Part shown: one piece after another, positions 32,122 through 41,734 of the stretch
Numbering within the stretch: the stretch's first letter is position 1
Layout of the letters: every line of letters starts with the position of its first letter
Source of the DNA: a virus
DNA: 64,000 bases
Direction: 5' to 3' (one strand)
IMG/VR virus record: IMGVR_UViG_3300014613_000018
Span: 32,001-96,000 of that record
Translations under genes and position numbers: made by a program
The notes under the pieces: model-generated
Seen by the model: only the letters and a program-made list of their open reading frames with translations
What the model was told of the DNA's origin: nothing
Databases searched by the model: none

Positions 32122-32208
32122 TGGTACTGGAGGAGGGATTTGAACCCTCAATCCCTTTTGGGGCGACTGGGTTTAAACCAGATGTGTATGCCTTTCCACC
32201 ACTCCAGC
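32122..32208 (-). tRNA. tRNA-Leu(TAA)
   Basis: GCTGGAG/CTCCAGT acceptor, loop TTTAAAC, long variable arm, GGTTCAAATCC, A73 + CCA. Confidence 0.9.
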
Positions 32209-32292
32209 ACTGCATCTTCTTATATGTCAATCATCAATAGTCTTTCCGACTCAAGTAATATACACATTTTTCAAGGATTGTCAAGTGCTTGT

Positions 32293-32619
32293 TTAACCAT
32301 TATAGTAAGAATCTTCAATGAATCCTACTTGCCTACCTTCTTTTAGTTCAAACTTAGCATTAACTAGTTCAGTTACTCTTGCAATAAACTGATTTTTAGT
32401 TTCATCCATACCCATACCTTCAACATCAATATAGAAGGCTACGGTATCTTCATTCCAATTACAAAAAATATCTAAACCTGTATTTAAGCCTATACCATTA
32501 TTAGTATCAACTTTTGTAATATCAGTACCTCTTACTTTAGCAATATCTTCCCCCCAAACACCTACTCCAAAGAAACTTGAAGTTGAACTGTTACTCACAT
32601 GACCATACCTTATTTTCAT
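32293..32619 (-). CDS. HVSNSS-motif protein
   Basis: MKIRYGHVSNSSTSSF. Confidence 0.8.
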   Translation of the reverse strand: MKIRYGHVSNSSTSSFFGVGVWGEDIAKVRGTDITKVDTNNGIGLNTGLDIFCNWNEDTVAFYIDVEGMGMDETKNQFIARVTELVNAKFELKEGRQVGFIEDSYYNG

Positions 32620-32633
32620 TTAATTTTCCTTTC

Positions 32634-32888
32634 TTAACACTCATGTGCATAATAGTTTTGAGGAATATTTGCTTCCTTTAGCAAACTCATGTCTAGTATG
32701 CTGTGTTGGGCATCCCCCATAATAAATTGACCATTACTACTAATCCACAAATATCCATCATAAGCTTCAGCATTATGATCTTCTACCATTTTAGTAAGTA
32801 TATCCTTCTGTTCTTGTGACAGACCGTCTAGCCTACACACAAACGAGCTTGTTGAACTGTTACTTACATGCCCTGTTCTTATTTTCAT
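32634..32888 (-). CDS. HVSNSS-motif protein
   Basis: MKIRTGHVSNSSTSSF. Confidence 0.8.
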   Translation of the reverse strand: MKIRTGHVSNSSTSSFVCRLDGLSQEQKDILTKMVEDHNAEAYDGYLWISSNGQFIMGDAQHSILDMSLLKEANIPQNYYAHEC

Positions 32889-32900
32889 AATTTTCCTTTC

Positions 32901-33500
32901 TTAATGATGGCTTATACGAATATTAGCTACATTATGCCAATGACTGCCATGCTCAAGTTGACAACCTAATCTTCCATCTTCATCTGCAAAGACAGCATAA
33001 ACTATATGCTTACCTTCAAACTTAGGTCTTTGTTTTTCCATGTATTCTTTAGCTAAATTTAGAGCTATTTGGTTCCACTTAATTTCGTACTTTTCACATG
33101 CTTCGTGGTTATTCCACGCAGGTAAATTATCATAGTAATCTTGATTCAACTTTTGATTAGAGTATATCTGCCGCCAACCAATTTCAATCATAAGTTCTTC
33201 ACAATTTAAGATGTCCTCAATAGTATTTATTGAATAATTTTTCTCTTCATATTCTCCTTTCTCTTCATTCCAGCATTCAGTCTCGTACTCTTCACAAATA
33301 CCTTGCTTAAAGCCTTCACACAAGTCTTCTATTCTAAAAGGGTCATCCCAATATTCTCCTGAAACCCAACCTTCAGTATTGCTTCCAGCATTGTGAAATA
33401 CTTGTTCCTTAATTGCTTCTACCGAATCCAGAGGCTTATCAGTAGCGATAATGAATGAACTGGAGCTTGAATTGCTCACATGTCCAGCACGAATTTTCAT
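32901..33500 (-). CDS. HVSNSS-motif protein
   Basis: MKIRAGHVSNSSSSSF. Confidence 0.8.
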   Translation of the reverse strand: MKIRAGHVSNSSSSSFIIATDKPLDSVEAIKEQVFHNAGSNTEGWVSGEYWDDPFRIEDLCEGFKQGICEEYETECWNEEKGEYEEKNYSINTIEDILNCEELMIEIGWRQIYSNQKLNQDYYDNLPAWNNHEACEKYEIKWNQIALNLAKEYMEKQRPKFEGKHIVYAVFADEDGRLGCQLEHGSHWHNVANIRISHH

Positions 33501-33501
33501 T

Positions 33502-34557
33502 TTAGTTTATCTCCTTAAATATTAGACACTGCCTACAACCATTACAATCCTTACTTGTAATAGACTGTTCTCTCCAATTGTTTAACCTCTCACTGAACCA
33601 AATATCCTTTACAAAGTCCTCACATTCAAGAACGCTTATTCCTTTTTCCCAACCTTTCTCATTTTCACAGAAGCTACAAGGAAAATATTCTCCATGAACA
33701 TTTACATATGCACTGAACATTCCAAAGCTCTCACAACTTTCAGCAGCTTGTATCATTTCAGTTTTCTTTTCCAAAGGAATACTCATATCCATTACAGCTT
33801 TAACATACTTAGGAGCACTACAGCTATCAAAACCATAAGGTATCTTGTAAGTATCGCAGTAGCCTATTAGCTTACTAAACTCAACTTGACTAAGACTATG
33901 AAACTTACCTTTAGCTCTACCTTTAGGCTTTACTCCGAGGAATACTACTGCATTAAGATCATTAAGCCTTTCATCGGTTCTTATATCATTCAAAACTTCA
34001 TACACAAAACTTCTACTCTCTTCACTAACAAATAGGTGAATATTAGTCTGTGTAACTCCTCTGTCTAGCATCATTTTAATAGCATTATAAGCTATATTCT
34101 TGTCTCTCTGGTAGACACTGATTGCACAAGCTCCTATCAATGGTGCAACTTCATCAGCAATTTCCGGTGTAAGGTCTACTCCTGACATTGTAAAGTTAGG
34201 TATAATACCTCTAGCTCTACTTTCCTTTAGCATGGGAATAAAATCAGGATTAGCTTGAACATCTGTAATTCCGAAAGCAATACTATCAAGATTCTTAGAG
34301 AATTTACTAACAATCTTTTTGAAAGTATCAAGAGTCATGTGAGTACCATTCTCAGCAGTGTTTCCTTTGTAGCAGAATGGACAGTTCATACTACAATCCC
34401 CAACAGATACCTCTAAATCTAATATTTCAGGGCCTACAGGAGAGAATTGAGGGTCTTCCTCTTTAGTCTTTCCCCAACGAGCCATGAAACCACTTTCAGG
34501 TTCAAACACTCTGTTGTAATGAAATGGTTCTGTTATATGCACTCTTTTAACTTTCAT
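33502..34557 (-). CDS. radical SAM protein with SPASM/twitch-like C-terminus
   Basis: CSMNCPFCY; SCES...YVNVHG..FPCSFC; terminal CNGCRQC. Confidence 0.9.
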   Translation of the reverse strand: MKVKRVHITEPFHYNRVFEPESGFMARWGKTKEEDPQFSPVGPEILDLEVSVGDCSMNCPFCYKGNTAENGTHMTLDTFKKIVSKFSKNLDSIAFGITDVQANPDFIPMLKESRARGIIPNFTMSGVDLTPEIADEVAPLIGACAISVYQRDKNIAYNAIKMMLDRGVTQTNIHLFVSEESRSFVYEVLNDIRTDERLNDLNAVVFLGVKPKGRAKGKFHSLSQVEFSKLIGYCDTYKIPYGFDSCSAPKYVKAVMDMSIPLEKKTEMIQAAESCESFGMFSAYVNVHGEYFPCSFCENEKGWEKGISVLECEDFVKDIWFSERLNNWREQSITSKDCNGCRQCLIFKEIN

Positions 34558-35026
34558 TTTCAGTATCTCTTTTGTAATAATCAGAGATAGGTTCTGTTCT
34601 CATAATTGGGCCTTTTTGTTCAAGTTCTTCTAATAGCCTATCGTTACGACCTTTCCAAATTAGTGATTGTCCAGTGTTTCGTACAAAAATTATATCTTGA
34701 GACTTACCATCCCAAAACACTTCCTCAGAACCATAATGACAACACCCGTGAAACGGGATTTTATATTGAATTAGAATAGTAAATACTTCATCGTGGTTTA
34801 TTAGATGGTGATATGCAAAATTATGTCCGTCTTCATCCCACCGATCAATTCCTGCTTCTATCTGCTGAGGAAATGAAACCCAAGTTCTCTTAAACCCTGT
34901 TGTTTCAAGAGCATATATCTGTTCGTCTGTAAGGTGTGGTTCTCTGCTCGAGTCTAGCCAATCACAATAGTTTATTATAAAACTTGAAGTACTACTATTG
35001 CTGACATGACAAGCTCTAGTTTTCAT
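34547..35026 (-). CDS. HVSNSS-motif protein
   Basis: MKTRACHVSNSSTSSF. Confidence 0.8.
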   Translation of the reverse strand: MKTRACHVSNSSTSSFIINYCDWLDSSREPHLTDEQIYALETTGFKRTWVSFPQQIEAGIDRWDEDGHNFAYHHLINHDEVFTILIQYKIPFHGCCHYGSEEVFWDGKSQDIIFVRNTGQSLIWKGRNDRLLEELEQKGPIMRTEPISDYYKRDTENES

Positions 35027-35059
35027 TATTTCATTTTCCTTTCAGTTTGAGTTTCAATG

Positions 35060-35088
35060 AATATACATCTTAAAACTTAGATTGTCAA
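35060..35088 (-). promoter_or_regulatory. sigma70 promoter of HVSNSS/radical SAM operon
   Basis: TTGACA-17-TATATT followed by AAACTGAAAGGAAAATG. Confidence 0.8.
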
Positions 35089-35384
35089 GTGCCTATTCAC
35101 CACAGCTACAACAGTCAGTATCTACAGGAAAAGGTTGACTATCATATTTAATATCTTCTTTAGTAGGCTCTTCTACACAGTCTAGTCTAACAGGCTTAGT
35201 ATTTCTCACAATTACAGTACCATCAATCTCAAGTGAGTCTATTAATTGATGAATTAGTTCTAATGTAAAATCTACTGAAGCAACCTCTGAGTCTAAATCT
35301 AAAATAAATTCTTGTATCTCTGGTTCATCTAGTATATCAGCTATATTGTCAACTAAATTTTCTGTATCTAGTGTACTCCAAATA

Positions 35385-36107
35385 CTAATTTTCATTATTC
35401 TCCTTAACTTTACAAACTTCACCAGTTACTATTCTCAGTTTATGAGGTTTGTTGTCATACAAGTCTCTAGGATTCTTAAACTCCATAGGGTCTCTATTAT
35501 CAAACTCTTGTGAATATATTTCTAATTTAATTCTGCGTTCTGTCTCCATTAAGTTAAGTAGGTTCCAACAAGCAGCAGCTAAATGGTCTTCATCATACTC
35601 ACCCATTTTCCAAAGCTCAATGTGCCTTCTAGCTGAGTCATAAAAATCAATTGTATACATTCCTTTCTTCCAATTTTCTTCTGCCATTTTAGGATTATCA
35701 GCATCACTATATTTGACTCTACCAGCCTCATAATGTTTAGCTATCCTCTCAAGTGAATGAGAAGGAATCAAACTGTACATACCTTTACCTACTCTTTTAT
35801 CTCTCACTGCACCACTAGGATACTTAGTCCTATCACCTGAATCCTTAATTGTACTATATACTTGTTCTTGTTCCTTTGTTGGTCTAGGTAACTCATCTAT
35901 CATAACACTCATTGGAGCTACAAACTCTAGGTGTTCAATTCCAATATCTCTAAATATCTTATTAACATACCCACCAGTCAATATTGCCTTAGCAGGAAAC
36001 TTAACCCTAACCGTGTGCTTATCTATAATTGCCGTTATTGTTCCTTCTCTATTTACAAGATTAGGAAATGCTTCACCTACATACTTAACTCTGTCATTAA
36101 TTTCCAT
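35385..36107 (-). CDS. dATP/dGTP diphosphohydrolase-domain (DUF5664-like) protein with N-terminal SH3/KOW-like extension
   Basis: KDSG.R..YPSGAVRD...GKG.Y.LIP, HYE.G..KY, ENWKKG, DSARRH, DEDHLAAACWN. Confidence 0.8.
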   Translation of the reverse strand: MEINDRVKYVGEAFPNLVNREGTITAIIDKHTVRVKFPAKAILTGGYVNKIFRDIGIEHLEFVAPMSVMIDELPRPTKEQEQVYSTIKDSGDRTKYPSGAVRDKRVGKGMYSLIPSHSLERIAKHYEAGRVKYSDADNPKMAEENWKKGMYTIDFYDSARRHIELWKMGEYDEDHLAAACWNLLNLMETERRIKLEIYSQEFDNRDPMEFKNPRDLYDNKPHKLRIVTGEVCKVKENNEN

Positions 36108-36993
36108 TTAATACCACCATTTATGAAGATTACTTACGAACCATATAATTACTCCTATGAGTCCTACAATTACAAACCAGTACCATGCTACACTAAAGAA
36201 TATTCCTAAACAGATTAATGTAGCAACTATTGCTCCTAGTACAAAATTAGTCATTTATTTTCCTTAATATATTTCATCTTCGTCACACCAGAATACAGTA
36301 TCCTTTATTAATACTAAATATGTTGTTACTAATTCCTTATTAGAATTTTTGTGTAAAGATATTTTAAGAATCTCTCCTTGTGCTTCTCGTAAGTCAGTGT
36401 AAGGATACTGTTGAGATTCTTCTTTAATTCTAACATTGCTATTGAGAGCATACCTAACTTTATACTTCATCTTCCACACTCACAATCTCTATCGTTATCT
36501 TATCACCTAATTTAGTTACAATTACATTCTGTTTAATTAGATACCATCTTTCCTTTTTATCTGCTTCGTGACACATTTCTCTTAGTTTTCTTTGTTGTGG
36601 CACTGTTAAAGGAAACTTATTAACCTGAGTTTTACCTTCAAACCATAAGATTGTACCTGTTTCTCTTGATGCAGGTTTATCATGCAACTTATGTTCATGT
36701 AACCAATCTTGATTAGTTTTCATTCTATTAACTCCTCTTCTACAAGCATTTCATTTTCCATTAAGTTTTCTATAATTTCATGTGCAAATGCTTCAGCTAT
36801 TTTTTCATTAGGAAACATATCTGCAAATTCTGCTGTCCATAGATTGTTAGTAGGATCACTCAGACTAAGGATTATTAACTGTACTCCAGTTTCACAATTT
36901 GTTTTAGGTAATGTAAATATACAACTGCCAACTTGAAAGAAATCCTCTTGTGTGGCAGGTGTAATATTGTACTTGAAATTGCCAATTCTAAAC

Positions 36994-37629
36994 TCACTCA
37001 TTAGAACCTTTCATAATCCATTCAGGATGTTCAATTTGTTCCATTACAGCATCTATAAACATTTTCCATTGTGGTAGCTTATGATTCTTCCTCTGATTAC
37101 AAATATTCTGTAATGCCATATAATTAGTGCTTATTACTCTAGTGTAAAGATAGCCTACAGGAATCCTGTTTACATATTCTTCAAACTTCAAGTTACCTAA
37201 TTGTACATCTTTCCTATCTCTACTTAACTGTTCCAAGTAAACTTCAGGAATATAATACTCAAAGTTATCCTGTGTCAAGTCCTCATTTAGAATGGTGTGC
37301 ATCTGGGAAGTTGAAAGATCATAGACAAATGTATATTCCTTCATGTGCTTCCACCAGAAATCAGGTGCTTCAATAAGGAACTGTAGGAAGGAGTGTCTAA
37401 GGAACTCTGAGTGTCCACCATTTTTAAGAGCAAGTTTAGAAGCTCTGTTCTCCATACGAGCTATTATAGCATCTCCTATTTTCTCAGGTAGAGTATCTGT
37501 AGGTGTCCAATCCTTAGAGTAACTAGGACTCAAGATGTAATTAGTAAAGTCACAAGTCTTACCATAGCTTAATCCTATGCCTAGTAGAGCACCATTAACG
37601 CCAGATTCTTCTATTTTAACTATTTTCAT
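36994..37629 (-). CDS. divergent ThyX/Thy1-like flavin-dependent thymidylate synthase homolog
   Basis: GGHSEFLR, APxFWW, NYxxLxNIxxQRKNHKLPQW; canonical RHRx7S absent. Confidence 0.6.
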   Translation of the reverse strand: MKIVKIEESGVNGALLGIGLSYGKTCDFTNYILSPSYSKDWTPTDTLPEKIGDAIIARMENRASKLALKNGGHSEFLRHSFLQFLIEAPDFWWKHMKEYTFVYDLSTSQMHTILNEDLTQDNFEYYIPEVYLEQLSRDRKDVQLGNLKFEEYVNRIPVGYLYTRVISTNYMALQNICNQRKNHKLPQWKMFIDAVMEQIEHPEWIMKGSNE

Positions 37630-39494
37630 TTAGTAACTCCCTAATTCTTGTATCAAAGTGTTCTCTACAAGAAGTTAAATGCCCTACACAAGGGAATAGT
37701 TCATTAGAGACTTGTATATTCCAAGGCTTAGGGATTAGGCGTAGTTTTGTTGCTATTCCGTCCACTATTCCTCTGGGGTAAGGGGCTGTAAATCTTTGAT
37801 GTGGTATATTAGGGTCTCTAAATAGAATCTCTCCACAAAAAAGTTCCTCAGCATTACTAAAAGAGTCCTGATTGGGGTATACTCTAATAAGCACATCTGG
37901 TTCATCTGCATACTCATAATCTAAAAACAGTATTGGCATTTCTATTCCTTTCTATTATAATGAACTATCCAATTTAGCTGTTTTCATTTAGTAATCTCCT
38001 GTTACAAGTATAATTGCTGTTTCATTAGTCATATCTACTTCTCTTAAATCATTTTCTGTAGCCCCAGCAGTTAAATTGCTTCTCTTCAACTCTAAGTTAA
38101 TTAGTTCTACTGCCTTTTCAATATTAAGAGCTAATACAATAGCACCAAATCCAACAGGCCATCTAGCAAATTTTGTATCGTTACAAGTAAATAACTTCAT
38201 ATCACCATTCCTTCAGGATACTTAGTTGTAAGAGGTCTATAATTTTCTGCTTGACCCTTACCACATTTAGTACAAGTCATTTTAGGTATTACATTCTCAT
38301 GGAAGTTTCTGTCATCATAACCATTACCTTTTTCCTCGTAACCACAATGTTCACACACATAAATTGCAGTAAAATCCCTTCTATGTTGTGAAATAATTTC
38401 TTTAATTTTCATCTAATTACTCACCAATCTTTACAGTGTCTACTTCAAGTACATAGCCTGTTACGACAAGTGTATCAGGTATATTAACAGGATCACTTCT
38501 AACAGGTGTTGTATCTAATCCTGCTAACAAACCTAAGAAGAACATACATAGAATTAGTAAAATAGTACCTATAGCACCTCGTGCCAATTTATCACTATCG
38601 GTTGCAATTATCACTAAACAAAATCCTACAAATGCCAAAGCTCCAAATAACCAACCCATTTCAATTTACTCCTTTTCTACTATGCTATAATGCTGTGGTA
38701 TTCTGATAGTGCCACATTTAGGGCAAGCATATAATTCTACTTCATAATCATCAGTTTCATAGTAACCGCCTCTATCAGGATTATCTACAAAGAAGCCCCT
38801 TCTACTATCAGATTTAATCTCTCTAAAAGGATCATCACCTTGCTTAGGTTTACTATCTAAATAATCACCCTCATAAACATAGCCACAGATACAACTAATT
38901 TTCATTTTAATTTCCTTTCACTTTATTCTATACATCATGTGTGCTCGTGCTGTTTCACAGGCAATGAGAGTGTTCAATTCTCCTACTAAGTAACAAGCTA
39001 CTTGATTCATTCCAACACTATTAGGTAAGTCTCTTTTAAGATTAAGTCTAGTAAAGGTCTCTGTTACAATTGCGCGTATGACCTCATCAAACTTATACTT
39101 AGTCAAGACTTTACACATGACTTTATAAGCTTCCAACAATTGAGCATCTATTTCTTGTTGTATCTTTAATTCCATTTTAACTATTCCTTTCATACATTTC
39201 AAAGTTACCACTAACCCACATTTCAGTCATTCTATTTTCAACCTGCTCAATAGTATAATCATTGGGAACCTGAAAGTCAATATCCCATGTTTCATCACCC
39301 CTACTAAATTGAACATTAGCTGTCCAGTAAATCTTATTAGGCAAGTTAGGAACATTAGTATAATCATACTTGTAGAGTTGTAAGTAGAAGCATATTCCAT
39401 CAGGATTAAGCATCTTTTTCTGCCAACATTCAGTAGTATTTTGAGGAAAATTAGTGGTAAATTTAGTGTAACCTTTAGCCGTTAAATTAGTCAT
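37616..39494 (-). CDS. seven small hypothetical proteins (two zinc ribbons, one membrane protein)
   Basis: 38197..38412 RRDF.A..CEHCG..CTKCG; 38666..38905 CICG..CPKCG. Confidence 0.55.
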
Positions 39495-39590
39495 TTCATT
39501 TTCCTTTCAGTTACTCTAGTTTCCAATTAGATACTTCAGTTTCACAATCCCACTTAATATAACACTTCAAGTTTCAATGTCAAGTACCAA

Positions 39591-39678
39591 CAAGAAACCT
39601 CCTATATTTCAAGGAGGCTCTTGCTGAAAGGAGGTAATATGAAACTCACACTGTAAGAAGGATGAGTCTTATCAGTGC
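39591..39678 (-). ncRNA. putative ~90-nt small RNA with anti-SD/anti-AUG tract
   Basis: Promoter TTGACA-17-TATATT (39713-39685), 5' hairpin, AGUUUCAUAUUACCUCCUUUCAG, terminator-like hairpin; no ORF. Confidence 0.6.
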
Positions 39679-39715
39679 AAGTGTAATATACAGATTGAAG
39701 ATTAGATTGTCAAGT

Positions 39716-40762
39716 CTACATTCTCCACACTCTATACTCACATCTACATTCTACATGATAAGGAATTGCTATTCCCACACTTGCTAATGCTTCTGAATCT
39801 GACATTACATCTATTCGTGCACCATTTGCTAATATAAATTCATTAGTATCACTGTCTATACCATTAACAAAAGGACTAGCATTTACTAAATCGTCTAGTG
39901 TAGAAGCTGCCATAGCTCTTTCATACCCAGCAGCAACATCATCTACTCTGTACACTCCTGCTAATGCAATACACCTTTCGCAGGTACGATCATCACCTAC
40001 AGGCAAACTTTCCACGTAGACAACACCACTTCTTTGATAGCCGAACACACGACCATAATTCCTAGCTCTACCTACAACTACACTAGCTAATCTATCATAG
40101 TAAAGTTGGCTCTTCAAAGGAATTAAATCTTTTAATCCTTCAGCAAACAATCTCTGTGCTTCTACTCTGTCTAATCCTTGTACCAGTAAATCTCTAGTTA
40201 ACCTTGTTGTAACAGGTGACATTATCTGACTTGCTACACTTAAACCACCATAAATAATCCCTACATTAACTAACTGTGAGATTGCACTTCTATCTTGCTC
40301 TTCATTAGGCTGATATTCATTTTCAGAAGCATTTCTACTTACATCTAAACCAGCATTATACATTTCAGTTACAACATCATTTACTTCAGATTCATGTTCT
40401 CTTGACCACACAACTCCAAAAGGCTGACTAAGTAAGGTGTCAACTTCTTTTAGATTCTGAGTAAGTGCTTGTGTCATTTCAACATTTGTAGCACCTGAAT
40501 CATACAGCACTTTTAAGCTTTCGTAAATGATACCGTAAGCAATTAGAATTAACTTAGTATCTGTAAGGTAACTTAAATGCTCTTGAAACTTAGTGTTAAA
40601 ATCCTCTGTAAATATCTCACTAAATTTATCTTCAAATGGTAAAGGGTTATCCAAAGGTGAGATACCTTTATTTACCAATACTGAAGATAATGTGTAGTCT
40701 ACTTTAGATAGCTCTTGTTGTAGTAACTGTTTCTTTAAGTCTATTTTATGTTGTTTGAACAT
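39716..40762 (-). CDS. head morphogenesis / minor capsid protein (SPP1 gp7, Mu gpF-like)
   Basis: RARNYGR, DDRTCERCIALAG, terminal PYHVECRC; near portal. Confidence 0.8.
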   Translation of the reverse strand: MFKQHKIDLKKQLLQQELSKVDYTLSSVLVNKGISPLDNPLPFEDKFSEIFTEDFNTKFQEHLSYLTDTKLILIAYGIIYESLKVLYDSGATNVEMTQALTQNLKEVDTLLSQPFGVVWSREHESEVNDVVTEMYNAGLDVSRNASENEYQPNEEQDRSAISQLVNVGIIYGGLSVASQIMSPVTTRLTRDLLVQGLDRVEAQRLFAEGLKDLIPLKSQLYYDRLASVVVGRARNYGRVFGYQRSGVVYVESLPVGDDRTCERCIALAGVYRVDDVAAGYERAMAASTLDDLVNASPFVNGIDSDTNEFILANGARIDVMSDSEALASVGIAIPYHVECRCEYRVWRM

Positions 40763-41687
40763 TATTCTCCCTAAATAAATCTTGTTCTATTCCTTCTGGT
40801 TGTTTCATATCATAGGCAACATAGGGAACCCCAATATAATCTAATACTTCTCCACAGCCTAGTTTATTTATACAGTAATCCCATTGTTTGGGGTGTGTTT
40901 TTTGCATACGCTGAAATCTGTTAGGAGTATCTTCTAGGTGTACTCCAAACATGCAAAACATACACCCAGTTCGGGTGTACCCTTTATTATAGATAGGAGC
41001 ATAAGAAATCTGGTTGACACTTAAATAGTTCCAAATATCTTTTTCTGTCCAAAAAGCTAAAGGCATGGAAAGAGGTCTATTTGATTCAAAGTTGTTACAC
41101 TCCGTTGCCAAATAGCTTGTTTCCCTGAGCCTAGAATCTTGAGCCATAGTCCCAACATATCCTTTTCTCCCTTGCTTTTCATACTTCTTAATTGGGCTTT
41201 TTTTCATTATGTTGCAACAAGTTGAGGACACAGAAAACGATGCAGTTATTAGCCTTCTCCACTTAATAGGAAGTTTACCATTTCCTTTTATATCCCCATA
41301 CATTCTTTTATTCTTTAGCTGTTTTGATTTAGTATTTCTTATCTCAGCTACCTTTTGAGCTACTTCCTTACTGCCTACAGGATAACCATATTTTTCTATG
41401 ACTTTATTAAAAGGCATTTTAGGTTTTAGCCAAGTTACATTATCTATAGTTTTAACAAAGTCTCTTATTTCTGGGTATTCTAAACCTGTGTCTACAAAAA
41501 CAGCAGGTACTTCAGGATATAGTTCTCTTACTAAATGCAAGAGTGCTGTGCTGTCCTTCCCTCCACTAAAAGAAATATAAACTTCACCTTTCCAGTAGTC
41601 ATACCAGCTTCTTATGCGTCTTTTGCTCATCATTATTTTAGCTTCTAAAGGCAAGCTTTGTCTTTGGGCTAATTGCCAAGCCTCAAT
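40746..41687 (-). CDS. PAPS-reductase-family (adenine nucleotide alpha-hydrolase) protein
   Basis: SFSGGKDS PP-loop, DTGLEYPE, CCxxMKK.P, RTGCMFCMFG; frame extends to ATT at 41687 behind GAGGGTG. Confidence 0.85.
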   Translation of the reverse strand: MEAWQLAQRQSLPLEAKIMMSKRRIRSWYDYWKGEVYISFSGGKDSTALLHLVRELYPEVPAVFVDTGLEYPEIRDFVKTIDNVTWLKPKMPFNKVIEKYGYPVGSKEVAQKVAEIRNTKSKQLKNKRMYGDIKGNGKLPIKWRRLITASFSVSSTCCNIMKKSPIKKYEKQGRKGYVGTMAQDSRLRETSYLATECNNFESNRPLSMPLAFWTEKDIWNYLSVNQISYAPIYNKGYTRTGCMFCMFGVHLEDTPNRFQRMQKTHPKQWDYCINKLGCGEVLDYIGVPYVAYDMKQPEGIEQDLFRENNVQTT

Positions 41688-41734
41688 GATTTCACCCTCT
41701 TTTCTTAGGGAGCCATATTTCAGACTCCCTTTAA

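Noticed and set aside
32122-32208. Ochre suppressor reading of loop TTTAAAC
   Set aside because: Stem register places TAA at 34-36; long variable arm and A73 fit Leu.
32140-32346. 68-aa + strand ORF
   Set aside because: Antisense to tRNA-Leu and its promoter.
39639-39656. + strand minigene MKLTL with strong RBS
   Set aside because: No + strand promoter; the promoter and hairpin orientation favour the antisense RNA reading.
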